Counted from the whole stretch's first letter, positions 25,136 through 38,185 are shown. The stretch: 63,940 nucleotides of DNA, filler included, from Octopus bimaculoides (GCF_001194135.2; 8 parts of 7 records of this genome joined end to end with filler, not necessarily neighbours in it); one strand, 5' to 3'. Numbers and translations: made by a program. The notes: generated by a model from the sequence alone, not told the origin.

Positions 25136-25998
25136 ATACATACATACATACATACATTCATGTATGTATTTACTTTTACTTGTAAGAAAAGAGGAGAGGA
25201 GACCCAGACGCAAGTATCTTTATGCTGGTTAGTACATCTCAATACCTTGTCAATATTCTTTTCACATTGCGTAAAGTAAGTGTTGTTGGATTGAGGTAAG
25301 CTTCCAGTGAGTCGGGTTTCAACACAGGTTCAATTTTAGTAAGATAACCTGAAGGGTAGCCATAGCTGTTGTTCATTAGTTCAAAGTTTTTTCTATGCAG
25401 ACCTATGGTCAAAGGCGTTCAAGTCATGACCATAGCATAACTATTAAGATATTGTCCATAGTTCAGTGTGACTTGCCTGATTTGAAAGCAAGAGAAAAAG
25501 GTGGAGGGAGATGGTTGCTATTTATAGTAGGTTGAGCAGCTTCACATAAGATCCTTTTAGCTTGCCCCTTCGCAGATTCGATCACAGCTGAAAATCAAAA
25601 CTGGGCAACAAATTTCTCTTGCGGACTTAGTCAAATCACCGGGAGGTTGTCCTTATTCTGTAACGACCATGCAGAAATTGACAGTACAACGTAAGTACTC
25701 AGATATGAAAAAGATCCAGGAGATGAAATAGCGAACAGCACTGGCTATTTCTAATGAGATTTTCCAAATGTAAATCTATGACATTTGTGCACGACAGCAA
25801 TGTTCAAATAATACAGTAGAAACAGCTCTCGTTTCATCAAGAATTTGCTACCACAACTGCTCGGCTCAGAATGTAGACGTACACAACATCTTACTCTGAC
25901 ATACGATAAGCATAATAGTGAAATAAAAATGTGGTTAAATATCATTGTGAAAAAACAGTTATACAAATATTAATAAAAGAATCGGTAAAATATCTTAC

Positions 25999-26057
25999 CT
26001 TCATGCAGAAACTTTTGAAATGAGGTGCACACCACTTATGTACTGTCGCATTGCATT
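25999..26057 (-). CDS. C1-domain protein exon 3 ((K)CNATVHKVCAPHFKSFCMK)
   Basis: Acceptor ttattttccttgctAG, donor AAG|gtaaga. 59 nt, phase 1 in and 0 out; completes H-x12-C-x2-C-x13-C-x2-C-x4-H-x2-C-x7-C exactly. Confidence 0.88.
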
Positions 26058-26199
26058 CTAGCAAGGAAAATAATCCAAATAAGAAGAAATGGTTAGAAAA
26101 AAGCTTTAATTAAATAATGATAAAATTCATAATGATCGTGCTCACGCGAGTATGTGAGAACAATATTTTAACAATTTTAAGAAGAGAGATATAGATGCA

Positions 26200-26900
26200 C
26201 ACAGGCCCCACAAAAATTCTCTGTGGTAACAAAACGTGGACCTGAACTAGGGTTTTTCGTGCACAGAATCCAAAAAATGACATCCGTTTATTACCATAAC
26301 GTCAAGATTTCAAAATACTGGATACATAGAATTTGTAAAAATCTTTAAATTCTTAGACATTTTTACATCATTGTTCATGCCTAATTTCTCATGGAATAGA
26401 ATTTGGACCATTTTTGGACCATTTTCTTGAGTGCTGAAAGGTCACGAGCCAAATTTCAAAAATAGTCCGCCATCATATGCAAGCCCCATCTGTCTTGATA
26501 CTTTTGTTCCATTGATTTTATTTCTTCATGAAAATATTCTTCCTGCTCATCAGTTGTATCACCACAATTTTCAGGGAGATAGTGTAGCCTTATGCTCATA
26601 TTTGCTCACAACTATTAAAAGTTCTCCAGCATATTGTCAATTATTTCAGCATAGTTGGCTGCTTTCTTAAGGTCCAGAAAATCATTTACAACTATTACAA
26701 ATGAATTCCATGCTGCCCTTTCAAGGCAGTTCCTATCTTTCATCAATTTTCTGATTTGTGAACCATCAAATACTCCATCTTTTACCTTTTCATTGCTGAG
26801 GCTAGGAAATTTATTGCAGATATAGTGAAAGCATGGTCCACCTTTATTCAGAGCTTTCACAAACTGCTTTATAACACCAAGTTTGATATGGAGTCAATGT
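26200..26900 (-). mobile_element. Chapaev/CMC-like DNA transposon 3' remnant in intron 2 of the C1 gene
   Basis: LHIKLGVIKQFVKALNKGGPCFHYICNKFPSLSNEKVKDGVFDGSQIRKLMKD...EQEEYFHEEIKSMEQKYQDRW; terminus CACAGG at 26200. The superfamily call is from recalled motif similarity. Confidence 0.6.
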
Positions 26901-27385
26901 AGGATCATGATAGACAAATTAAAAGGTTAGTTAACTTAGAGAAGTGTGGAGAGCTAGACAGGAGAGGTTACTTCTTAGAGACGAGTATAAAAATAAATAA
27001 CAAACAATATATATATGAGTGAAATGTCACCTGCATTTGGTTGTTATTGTTGTCACTATCTCATGATGCCGTCATCCACTCAGAACATATCACGATATAA
27101 CTGGTGGTGTAGGGTGCAGTGCTATCTCAGAACGACAGCCATATTTTACAACTGAGGAGAGAGAGAGAGAGAGGGGGGGGAGAGCAATTTCTTTCATTAC
27201 TCTCCCATTTTGATCCATGACTAGAGGAAGCTGAGTGGTTATAAACAACTGGGTATCTATAACACTCAGTTACAACACTGTGGAAATAACAGCCATTCTC
27301 TAAACTGACATTTCCTTTGGCTTAACAGTGTACTTAACAGTGTACTGTTTAATGGATTTTTACTATATATGCACAGAATATACAG

Positions 27386-27490
<105 letters not shown>

Positions 27491-28284
27491 AAGAGAGAGA
27501 GAGAGGAGAGGGGGAGGGGAGATACCTTTAGTTAAATTGCATATATCTACCATGCAGATAAGCGTGAATATTTCACGGAATTGCACTTATGCGCATGCGT
27601 TAAGTGATAGGTGATATAAAAAATCACCATCCAATCACCACCGCGACCTCCACCACCACCACCACCACCACCTCTCTCCCCTCTCTCTGTGCCTTTCTTT
27701 AACCTTATCATCAGAACATCATTCCTCTGCAATAATTATATTGTCCATTCTCTTCCTCTATATCATCACTACCTTAAAGTAACTTTTTAACCACATTATA
27801 AATATTACGTTCTCCCTACCTAAAGTCACGCTTCTTCCGTCTTTTTCTCTCTCTCCTTTTTTTTCTCCTTCTTTCTGTCTCACTCTTCGGCATATCCACT
27901 TTTTTCTCTCTCCTTTTTCTCTCTCCTCTCTTTCCCTTCGGCTAATCAGCGTTACAATTACATTGTCTCAACCTCACGTTATCGACACTTCTTTCCCCCT
28001 CTTTTCCTCTAACCATGTGGAAGCTTTACCGACGGGCTAATTAACGGAATGACAAGCAAAATTATTATAAGATTGATTTCTTGTTTAGTGTAGATATATC
28101 AAGACTTAAAAGAAAAAAAAGCATGCATAAGCAAATAGACAGTCAGACATACTTGTAAGCGGTTATTATAATTGTTCGTGCAGACTTCAACCACGAAATC
28201 AGACACACAGCATTAATTTATAAATCCTTCATCTTTTCACATAAGGCTTTCATTTGAGATGATAAAAGATATTCAACAACTTAC

Positions 28285-28411
28285 TTGTACACTGGGCAGA
28301 ATAATTCATGTATCCGACGAGAAATTGGTCACATAAGCTGCACAGTCTGTTCCAACAAACTTCTTGTTTATAGAAGTGATGGGAGTCATTTGGCCATTCT
28401 CTTGTATTTGG
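28285..28411 (-). CDS. C1-domain protein exon 2 (PNTREWPNDSHHFYKQEVCWNRLCSLCDQFLVGYMNYSAQCT)
   Basis: Acceptor tttttttctctcttttcAAG, donor ACAA|gtaagt. 127 nt, phase 0 in and 1 out; encodes the first two thirds of a C1 zinc finger. Confidence 0.85.
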
Positions 28412-29908
28412 CTTGAAAAGAGAGAAAAAAAAAAGGGGTGTGAAATTACATGTGCACAAATAATGATTTCTATCATAGATACAAAGAAACCAGATTTTGG
28501 CACCGAGCGGAGTCAAATAACACAAGGACATGATCTCATCTGGGTTTGGACAGAGAATATCAAGAGAATTAACGAAATATCGCGGCACTGACAGGGAATA
28601 AGGACACATTTGTAAAATAGTATATTCGATTGAATCGATCTCAGTACTTGAATGGAACTCATTTCCTTGACTTCGGAAGACCAAAATGCGAAATCCATCA
28701 CAGCATACGTTAAACCGAAAAAAAAAGACAAAATTAAAAATCAAAACCGAACAATTACAAAAATAAACAATCACTGGCATAGATTTAACAATCTATAAAC
28801 AGAATGGTGATTATATAAATACAACAATCGTTGATATAAACATAACAATGACGAAGTAAACGGAACAATAATTGTTATGAACACAACAGTCACTGACATA
28901 AACTCAACAGCCACCGTCTAAATACAACAATCATTCTAAACCTAGAATAATAACAGGCGACGAATATTGATACTGGTGGGAAAAATTATTAGAAGAAAAA
29001 TAACCATCTAACCCAATTCTTCATTCTGCCACGATTAGTTTGCTGTGGAATTAATAAACTTAAACACCGATGTGAGAACTGTTACCAAAAGCTTCAACAA
29101 TAGACTCAGAACATAAAGAAATAATCGTTAGTCGCTTCTTACAATAAACGTGAAGAATAACTCAGCATTAGTATCATGATATCACTGACTGTCTTCTATA
29201 CAAATATGAAATATAGAGTCAAAATATTCCTACTTAATATTTCATTAGCTTCCGTTGCCATTCATCTCTATTTCCATTCTTTCAACACTTCATCCATCAA
29301 AACGTCCATTCACGTGTGATTAGTTTCTATTAGACTCAGCGAGAAATGTAGGATGAAAGGCATTCAGTTGATGCAGAAAACTGTATGAATTACAATCAAC
29401 AAAAAAGTAGAAGTAGATTTGTGGTAAGTCCAGAAACCAATATGTTCAGAAGGAACGTTCAAATTTTGTGTGTGTAAGTATCTATGTGCATGAGTGTGTG
29501 TAAAGAATAGCCATGACTAGCGTGCGATCTCACATTCCCACTGAGCAACATTCATTAAGAGCAAATATTTCTGTTGGTATCTGAAGCGTTACAATAAGTG
29601 ATTGCCATGATGTTCTGGAAGAACATTGTTGACTATATTGTCAGTGATGGTGTTCTTCGGACACGAATGGACAGTCATAATACACACACACACACAGGTG
29701 CACACACATATTTATACAATCACACACACACACATATACACATACACAAATACATAAATGCGTGCACACACGCATACTCATACAATCACCTATGCGCGCG
29801 CGCGCACACACACACATATACGTAATTGTACGAGTGGAATGTGGGAGCAGTGATAACATTGAATAAAGAAATACAAGCTATAGTTTCCGTAATGTCAGTA
29901 ATACTTAC

Positions 29909-29938
29909 AGCTACATTTCTCGACGATGCACATCCCAT
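29909..29938 (-). CDS. Acylated C1-domain protein, start exon (MGCASSRNVA)
   Basis: Minus strand: acceptor cttcttccttttcaaAAG (exon starts 29963), Kozak-like cacaagATGG, donor GCT|gtaagt. 30 coding nt, phase 0. Gly2/Cys3/Ser6 fit the N-myristoylation and palmitoylation consensus. Confidence 0.75.
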
Positions 29939-31015
29939 CTTGTGTTTTTCAATGATTCAAATACTTTTGAAAAGGAAGAAGTAGAATTCAGTTCCTACTG
30001 TTTATATATGCTCTCACGTGCTAATTCATATTGAGCTAAAGGACAAAGTCCAACTTTTGAATGACTATTTCTCAGCAGTTTTGGGTTAAACGGAAATCTT
30101 CGATAAAAATGTTGATTGGGCGCCAGAAACCAGTAAATAAAATTGCAATATAATTCAAAACACAAATTATGGGCGAAACAATTGGTTTTTCATTTAGTAA
30201 ATATTCAATTACTTGGGCAAAGGTCAAATTAAAAATTTAATTTCATAATGAAATGCTTTGTTATATTTGTTTATCTGGGATTAAAAGATAGAATGATCAA
30301 GTTGATAAATATTTACTTATTCTTGTTTTGTGAGCTCTCATATTCTTCGTGCATTTCATTGTTTTTAAGGCTTAAATTGGATAAATGCCGGTCAGATTTG
30401 TTTTCTACGTTAGAATTAGTAATGAGAATCTGCTCCCGTTTGGCAACATATGCTATTCAGAAACAAATTCTCAGTACAAAACACATTTAGAAGAATATCT
30501 ATAGTTCCCATAGTCCCATTTATTAAATTGCAAGAACGCAAGAAATTTTGACAGCCGCTCTGACGATTCTGTCGATTCACTACATTATTAAATTAATCAT
30601 TTCTTTCTTTGCTCAAATCAGCCACCCTGTTTTTGATATTTTATTTATTTCAACTCCATTGGGATAAAAAGCAATATCGATCACAATGGAATTCGAAATT
30701 ATAATTTTAGCTCTACCGGGGGGGGGGGGCATTTAGTGCAACGGTTTATCGAGTTCAACCGCCATCTCTCGAATAAAGCCTCTACGGACGAAAATAATCA
30801 GCTAAAATCTTAGACCTATACATTCTTATAATAGGTGACAAAGTGTTACTGAAGTTATATTGAAAATCAAAGTATAATAAATGAATTTACGCAAAATAAA
30901 AGCTTAAACGATTTCNNNNNNNNNNNNNNNNNNNNNNNNNNNNNNNNNNNNNNNNNNNNTTAATTAATTAANNNNNNNNNNNNNNNNNNNNNNNNNNNNN
31001 NNNNNNNNNNNNNNN

Positions 31016-31185
31016 ACTACACTCTCTGAGTGGTTGGCGTTAGGAAGGGCATCCAGCTGTAGAAACTCTGCCAAATCAGACTGGAGCCTGGTGTTGCCAT
31101 CCGGTTTCACCAGTCCTCAGTCAAATCGTCCAACCCATGCTAGCATGGAAAGCGGACGTTAAACGATGATGATGATGATGATGAT
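31016..31185 (+). mobile_element. SINE/RTE-type 3' end (family D) with (ATG)n tail
   Basis: gtggttggcgttaggaagggcatccagctgtagaaac...ccaacccatgctagcatggaaagcggacgttaaacgatgatgatg. Relatives at 33545-33775 (+) and 38990-39235 (-). Confidence 0.75.
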
Positions 31186-31426
31186 TTATGGTGCATTTTA
31201 GAAAAACAAGTAAGGAATCAATGTCCTCCACCATCATCACTACAAGAACTGGAGACTTTTAGCTGAAGAATGGACAAAAATTCCTTTGGAAACAATTCAA
31301 ACTTTGTACAAATCCATATCTCATAGAATTCAAGCTGTAATTACTGCCAAAAGCAGTCCTACCCCATATTAAAATAAATTTGTTTGAAATTTTACGGTAT
31401 TTCTATTATTTTGTCCAACCCCTGTA
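31186..31426 (+). mobile_element. Tc1-like transposon 3' end
   Basis: LWCILEKQVRNQCPPPSSLQELETLAEEWTKIPLETIQTLYKSISHRIQAVITAKSSPTPY*, then a TIR-like end ...ttgtccaacccctg|TA. Confidence 0.75.
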
Positions 31427-31434
31427 TTATATAC

Positions 31435-31605
31435 ACACTCAGTGGGCTTCCACATAATGTTTCCATCTACTATACTAAATTCAGTCACAAGGCATTGACT
31501 GTCTTGGGATTATAGTAAAAGACACTTGCCCATGATGTCATGCAGTAAAATTCAAACCCAAATCATATGGTTGTAAAGTGAACTTCTTAACCACATAGCC
31601 ATGCC
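31435..31605 (-). mobile_element. Decayed SINE family B head
   Basis: Reverse complement of ggcatggctatgtggttaagaagttcac...ggcaagtgtcttttactataatccc. Confidence 0.6.
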
Positions 31606-32685
31606 TGGAGGGCATGAGGATGCTTACACAATAGACACCAAGAGGGTGCTTGGGCAGTTCTAGGTGTTAAAATCCAACTTCTTATTCAGAGTAGGTACTC
31701 CAAAAGCAGATGGATTATCTAGAAGAGAAATCTTTGAGCAAATATCAATAGAGATGGACAAATAATCATAGATATGTATATGGAATATATTGACATGTTA
31801 CTTAATATTACATGATATAATCATTTCTTTATAGTTGTTTCAACGTATCTTGTGAATTGTTGATATTATTACTTATATAATGCAATTACATGTAAATGTT
31901 ATAAGGTGATATTGCACAAAAGTATATAAGGATGCATAATATCAATATACATGAGCCATCATATTTAAATACCTTCATGCATTTATATACAGTATCTCAT
32001 CTTAAGAAGGCTAAGTGGCAAAGGCAAAATTAGATGAAGTAAAAGTGGCAAAATGAGTAAAGATGGGGTTGTGGTGAAAGATGCAAACAAACGAAAGAGA
32101 GAACATAAAATCACGAGAAGTATATCAGCTAGAAAGAGTGATATAAAGTAAAAGGTGGGGGTGAAAAAAGCAGTAGATAAGAAGGTAAGAAGGGGAACAA
32201 AGTTACTAAAAAGTGATTGCATTTTCTTTAACTGCAGTCAGGAGTCTTCTTCGCCTAGCATTGCCTTTTTTTTTGTTATGACAGGTTTCACTTACCTCTC
32301 ACATAATTTGGTTTTATAACCTTCCTAGCAACAGGTCGGATATCATACACCGACTGACTGGTCCTTTCATCTTTTTTCCTGTTTTCTACTTTCCTTTCAC
32401 TATTTTTCTTTCTTTATAGCTCTTTACACATCATCAATGTCTTTCTTTCTCCTATGCTTTCGTAGTCCATCGTTTCTTTATTTCCTTCTTTCTTACCTTG
32501 TTATAATTCCTCCCCCACCCGTATTCTATATCGCTCTCCATTACTGAAGATTATATTGTATAACAACTTTGGTAAATATATTTCATACACCAATTATTGT
32601 TTGTCCATCTCTCTTCATACATGCATACATACATACAAGTATAAATGCATGCATGCATATATACATATGTATATGTAGATATACA

Positions 32686-32732
<47 letters not shown>

Positions 32733-33349
32733 NNNNNNNNNNNNNNNNNNNNNNNNNNNNNNNNNNNNNNNNNNNNNNNNNNNNNNNNNNNNNNNNNNNN
32801 NNNNNNNNNNNNNNNNNNNNNNNNNNNNNNNNNNNNNNNNNNNNNNNNNNNNNNNNNNNNNNNNNNNNNNNNNNNNNNNNNNNNNNNNNNNNNNNNNNNN
32901 NNNNNNNNNNNNNNNNNNNNNNNNNNNNNNNNNNNNNNNNNNNNNNNNNNNNNNNNNNNNNNNNNNNNNNNNNNNNNNNNNNNNNNNNNNNNNNNNNNNN
33001 NNNNNNNNNNNNNNNNNNNNNNNNNNNNNNNNNNNNNNNNNNNNNNNNNNNNNNNNNNNNNNNNNNNNNNNNNNNNNNNNNNNNNNNNNNNNNNNNNNNN
33101 NNNNNNNNNNNNNNNNNNNNNNNNNNNNNNNNNNNNNNNNNNNNNNNNNNNNNNNNNNNNNNNNNNNNNNNNNNNNNNNNNNNNNNNNNNNNNNNNNNNN
33201 NNNNNNNNNNNNNNNNNNNNNNNNNNNNNNNNNNNNNNNNNNNNNNNNNNNNNNNNNNNNNNNNNNNNNNNNNNNNNNNNNNNNNNNNNNNNNNNNNNNN
33301 NNNNNNNNNNNNNNNNNNNNNNNNNNNNNNNNNNNNNNNNNNNNNNNNN

Positions 33350-33382
<33 letters not shown>

Positions 33383-33385
<3 letters not shown>

Positions 33386-33775
33386 ACTTCCTTCAGTTTT
33401 CGTCTACTAAATCCACTCATGTGGTTTGGTCGGCCTGAGGCTACAGTAGAAGACACTTGCTCAAGGTGACATGCAGTGGGACTGAACCTGGAACTATGTG
33501 GTTGCTAAGTAAGCTACTTACCACACAGACTCTGCTGTGCTTTTTAATGTTGCAAACTGCATGGTGACCTCAATAGTGCTGATTACATGAAAAAGCATCC
33601 AGTCCATGCTGTAAAGTGTTTGGCATTCAGAAGGGCATGCAGCTGTAAAAGTTATGGCAAAGCAGACACAGCTGCTCTGGTGCTCAATGCAATCCTTGAA
33701 CACACTGGTTCCTGTCAAACCATCTAAACCATGCCAGCATAGGTTGGATGATTTACATGATGATGATGATGATAT
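33383..33775. mobile_element. SINE family B head (-, 33383-33535) and family D element (+, 33545-33775)
   Basis: gaagacacttgctcaaggtgacatgcagtgggactgaacc, then ggcattcagaagggcatgcagctgtaaaa...catgatgatgatg. Confidence 0.65.
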
Positions 33776-34028
33776 ATATATACACACACACACATACATA
33801 TAATGTATATACACACACACACATACATGTATATATACACATATACATACACACACACACACACACATTTATATATATATATATATATATGCATCAGCAT
33901 GGCCGCAGCTCTGAGCTGAAACTTTGAAATGAAATGAAATATATACACACATATACAGATATATATATCATATATATGTACATATGTACATATATGTACA
34001 TATTTGAATGTGTGTGTGTGTGAGTATA

Positions 34029-35438
34029 CAGGCTGTCCCAAAAAGATGTACTCACTCTTTGACGAACGATTACCAATGTATTGTTTTTTGTGATGTACGG
34101 GCTTACCTCGATGCAACAAATCCAAACAAATGGATTGGGAGGAGAGGTAGTGTTGAATTTCCTGCACAAGCTCGCAAGGAATGAAGCCAGTATGCTCCGT
34201 TGGATGTGTAATGTCAATGTGAATACCCGTCAGAGTGTAAGTATCTTGAGAGAAAAGCTGAACATTAGAAGCATCAGTTGTGGCGTGCAAGAGAGACGAT
34301 TGCGCTGGTATGGACATGTGGTGAGAATGGAGGAGGATAGCTGCGTGAAAAAGTGCCACACCCTAACAGTTGAGGGAACCCGNNNNNNNNNNNNNNNNNN
34401 NNNNNNNNNNNNNNNNNNNNNNNNNNNNNNNNNNNNNNNNNNNNNNNNNNNNNNNNNNNNNNNNNNNNNNNNNNNNNNNNNNNNNNNNNNNNNNNNNNNN
34501 NNNNNNNNNNNNNNNNNNNNNNNNNNNNNNNNNNNNNNNNNNNNNNNNNNNNNNNNNNNNNNNNNNNNNNNNNNNNNNNNNNNNNNNNNNNNNNNNNNNN
34601 NNNNNNNNNNNNNNNNNNNNNNNNNNNNNNNNNNNNNNNNNNNNNNNNNNNNNNNNNNNNNNNNNNNNNNNNNNNNNNNNNNNNNNNNNNNNNNNNNNNN
34701 NNNNNNNNNNNNNNNNNNNNNNNNNNNNNNNNNNNNNNNNNNNNNNNNNNNNNNNNNNNNNNNNNNNNNNNNNNNNNNNNNNNNNNNNNNNNNNNNNNNN
34801 NNNNNNNNNNNNNNNNNNNNNNNNNNNNNNNNNNNNNNNNNNNNNNNNNNNNNNNNNNNNNNNNNNNNNNNNNNNNNNNNNNNNNNNNNNNNNNNNNNNN
34901 NNNNNNNNNNNNNNNNNNNNNNNNNNNNNNNNNNNNNNNNNNNNNNNNNNNNNNNNNNNNNNNNNNNNNNNNNNNNNNNNNNNNNNNNNNNNNNNNNNNN
35001 NNNNNNNNNNNNNNNNNNNNNNNNNNNNNNNNNNNNNNNNNNNNNNNNNNNNNNNNNNNNNNNNNNNNNNNNNNNNNNGATAAGGTTTACGCTGCAAAAC
35101 CAGTGACAATTGATGATTTGAGAAATGAAAAATTTGAATAAAATGTCTTGGAATTCCAAATGAAATGTTTGGCAATTTTGTTGAATCCATTGTTGGACAT
35201 TATCAGCTTTGTTTGGAAAATGAAGGAAGGCAGTTTGAACATTTGCGAACATGTAGGAAAGAGAGAGAACATTAAATAATTCTAAATGACAATAAATAAT
35301 CGTTTCTACAACAATTTATTTTCCTGAATTTAATTTAACTTTTTAAGATTGTATGTATATCAATAAACATCTACTTGAACACAAAATGCATGAGTACTGG
35401 GAAGTCAAAGAGGAAGTACATCTTTTTGGGACATCCTG
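34029..35438 (+). mobile_element. Internally deleted Tc1/mariner element with 35-bp TIRs and TA target duplication
   Basis: TA|caggctgtcccaaaaagatgtactcactctttgac (34029-34063) versus gtcaaagaggaagtacatctttttgggacatcctg|TA (35404-35438): 32/35 complementary. Transposase remnants AYLDATNPNKWIGRRGSVEFPA and KVYAAKPVTIDDLR...GRQFEHL. Confidence 0.88.
34168..34382 (+). mobile_element. 5'-truncated RTE LINE nested in the Tc1 element (3' end lost in the gap)
   Basis: KLARNEASMLRWMCNVNVNTRQSVSILREKLNIRSISCGVQERRLRWYGHVVRMEEDSCVKKC is an RTE ORF C-terminus (RLRWYGHVxR). Confidence 0.85.
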
Positions 35439-36219
35439 TATATAAATATATGTATACATACATACACATATGTATACACACACAAACACACACGCACGCA
35501 ATCAAGGAGGTCCTGCACAGCTGAAATCTGATCTTTTTGAGACAACCACACTCAACATATTTTACTTCCAACCACTGCTATGAACAACAATATTGAGTGT
35601 GAACAGCATAACTTAGTGCACATGCACAACAGAGTTCAAGGTCAATCTGTGCCAAGTAGCTTTGTGACCATAGTAACAGATCCAATACTTTTTGATCAGA
35701 CCTCATATATATATATATATATATATANNNNNNNNNNNNNNNNNNNNNNNNNNNNNNNNNNNNNNNNNNNNNNNNNNNNNNNNNNNNNNNNNNNNNNNNN
35801 NNNNNNNNNNNNNNNNNNNNNNNNNNNNNNNNNNNNNNNNNNNNNNNNNNNNNNNNNNNNNNNNNNNNNNNNNNNNNNNNNNNNNNNNNNNNNNNNNNNN
35901 NNNNNNNNNNNNNNNNNNNNNNNNNNNNNNNNNNNNNNNNNNNNNNNNNNNNNNNNNNNNNNNNNNNNNNNNNNNNNNNNNNNNNNNNNNNNNNNNNNNN
36001 NNNNNNNNNNNNNNNNNNNNNNNNNNNNNNNNNNNNNNNNNNNNNNNNNNNNNNNNNNNNNNNNNNNNNNNNNNNNNNNNNNNNTCACTTGAACAAAACT
36101 GTACAAATCCAAATATATGGTACCCTAGGCATAACACCTACATGAACTTCTAACTTGTTGTCTCTTGAGGTCTCTGGGTGAGACTTGGATCCAACTTGTA
36201 CAAATGCAAAACAAAAGTC

Positions 36220-36297
36220 AAACATAAAATAATAATAATAATAATAATAATAACAACAATAATAATAATAGTAATAATAATAATAATAATAATAATG

Positions 36298-36356
<59 letters not shown>

Positions 36357-36800
36357 AATAATAATGAAATTATTTTTATACAGTGCTCAGGTACACTACA
36401 ACTTGTCAAAAGTGCATATAAAGCATATGCAGTAATGTACAAATGTCTGGAAAGTGAACAGTGTATGAGTCAGATACATGCTTGCATGTGCATGGAGCGG
36501 AGAAAATCAGGTGTAGTGTTGGTGAATCTCAGGAAGCATGGAAGTTTTGAAGGATGCAGTGCTCTGACAACTAACAACTGATGCTGGCAGTTTGTTCCAT
36601 ACTTCAGCAACTCTTAGCGTGAAAAAATGTTTCCGAAAGTCATGGGAAGCTGTGCTGTTTTCTGACTTTGTAAACATGTCCACGGGTGTTAGACAGGTAG
36701 AGTCTGAAAAGGTGCTCAGAGTTATTGTCAGTGAGATGGTTAATAATTTTGTCCATCTTTACATTCTGATTTCAAATTCTGCCAATTGATCCTTTTGTGA
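36220..36800 (-). mobile_element. CR1-like LINE 3' end with (ATT)n tail
   Basis: Minus strand VYKVRKQHS..DFRKHFFTLRVAEVWNKLPASVVSCQSTASFKTSM...*, then 3' UTR and a long ATT run at 36220-36365. Confidence 0.8.
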
Positions 36801-37687
36801 TTGATAAAATAGCACTAGTTAAGCACTGGTGGGGGGTGGGGGGAGGTGTAACCTGTTTTCCCCAAATTGCTGGTTTTTTATGCCAAAATTTGAAACCAAT
36901 ATGATATAAGCAGGCTTAAAATTTAAATCTTAGCTCCCATAAATACCCACACATAGAAACGTAGTTTTTACAAGTGGGATACATCTCCCTGATTAAATGT
37001 AGAATGGAGAGAGTTTATGGATCAGTTTGATGGTGGTGTAGCATTTGTTCTTTTATAACTCTTTGTCTGGCTTACTGACACACATCAGTCGATAAATAAA
37101 CTCTTGACTATCAACCAGTTCTTCTCTGTAACATACCACAATGAACTTCTACATCAGTTGAGACATCTTATTCAAAAAGAATGTTCAAAGAAACTATCTT
37201 TTTTGTGTCACTCTGAAAATGGAAGAATTGAATCTTAAAATAAATTAAATTCTTAATGGCAGTTTCAAATTTCAAAGAATCTCAAAGGACATCACAATTG
37301 AAAACAATTGAAAATTCATATTAACAACATTATCCATGTCTCTGAAGCTGTCAGTAATGTAAAGAACAAAGATTTTTTTTTTTCTTTTACATTGAACGAA
37401 GACATCAGTGAGTTTTCATCAGCTGAAATAGCCATACATGACAAAATATTCAAGTGATAAGTTCTCTCTTCACCATGGCACACAGTTAAAGTAATGGATA
37501 GATTATTTATAACCTTGTAAAGATAGGACTAATTCTAGGACTAATTCCAAGGAAAAAAATTTTTTCTGAAATTTCTTTGCAAAATCATTTAAACAACCAT
37601 TAATGAGAACCTGTACAGGAATATCACTAAGGCAATAAACATAAATATTTACACACATACAAGTATGTGTGTGCATATAACACAACA

Positions 37688-37875
37688 ACGACTACAACTA
37701 CTACTACTACTACCACTACCACTATTACTGCTGCTGCTGCTGCTACTACTACTACCACCACCACTACTGCTGCTGCTGCTACTACTACTACCACCACCAC
37801 TACTGCTGCTGCTGCTACTACTACAACTACTACTATTACCACTACTACTGCTGCTACTACTACTACTACTACTAT

Positions 37876-37908
<33 letters not shown>

Positions 37909-37937
37909 CACTACTGCTGCTACTGCTGCTACTGCTG

Positions 37938-37978
<41 letters not shown>

Positions 37979-38185
37979 GCTGCTGCTGCAACCACAACTA
38001 CTGCTACAGCTGCTGCTGCTGCTATCATCACAATGATGATGGTGGTGGTAGTATTAGTGGTGGTGGTGTTAGTGGTAATGGTATTAATGGTGATGATGAC
38101 GGTGGCGGTGGTGGCGGTGGTGGTGGTGGTGGTGGTGGTGATGGTGATGATGATAATGATAGTGATTAGGGTGGTGGTGATGATC
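37688..38185. repeat. Compound trinucleotide microsatellite (CTA/CTG/CAC switching to GTG/GAT); similar block at 21075-21390
   Basis: Direct reading; includes a 36-bp higher-order unit actactactaccaccaccactactgctgctgctgct repeated twice. Confidence 0.9.

Noticed and set aside
25631-25657. Candidate terminal exon for the C1 gene (NKDNLPVI*), which would give an 80-aa C1-only protein
   Set aside because: Correct phase, but the pyrimidine tract is mediocre and no poly(A) signal follows; cannot be distinguished from chance.
31990-32240. Lys-rich purine-biased stretch resembling coding sequence
   Set aside because: Stops in all + frames and no assignable family; at most an old repeat remnant.
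32290-32330. Perfect minus-strand donor GAG|gtaagt as a possible 5' UTR exon of the C1 gene
   Set aside because: Single motif on a different scaffold segment; similar orphan donors occur at about 38498 and 53200.
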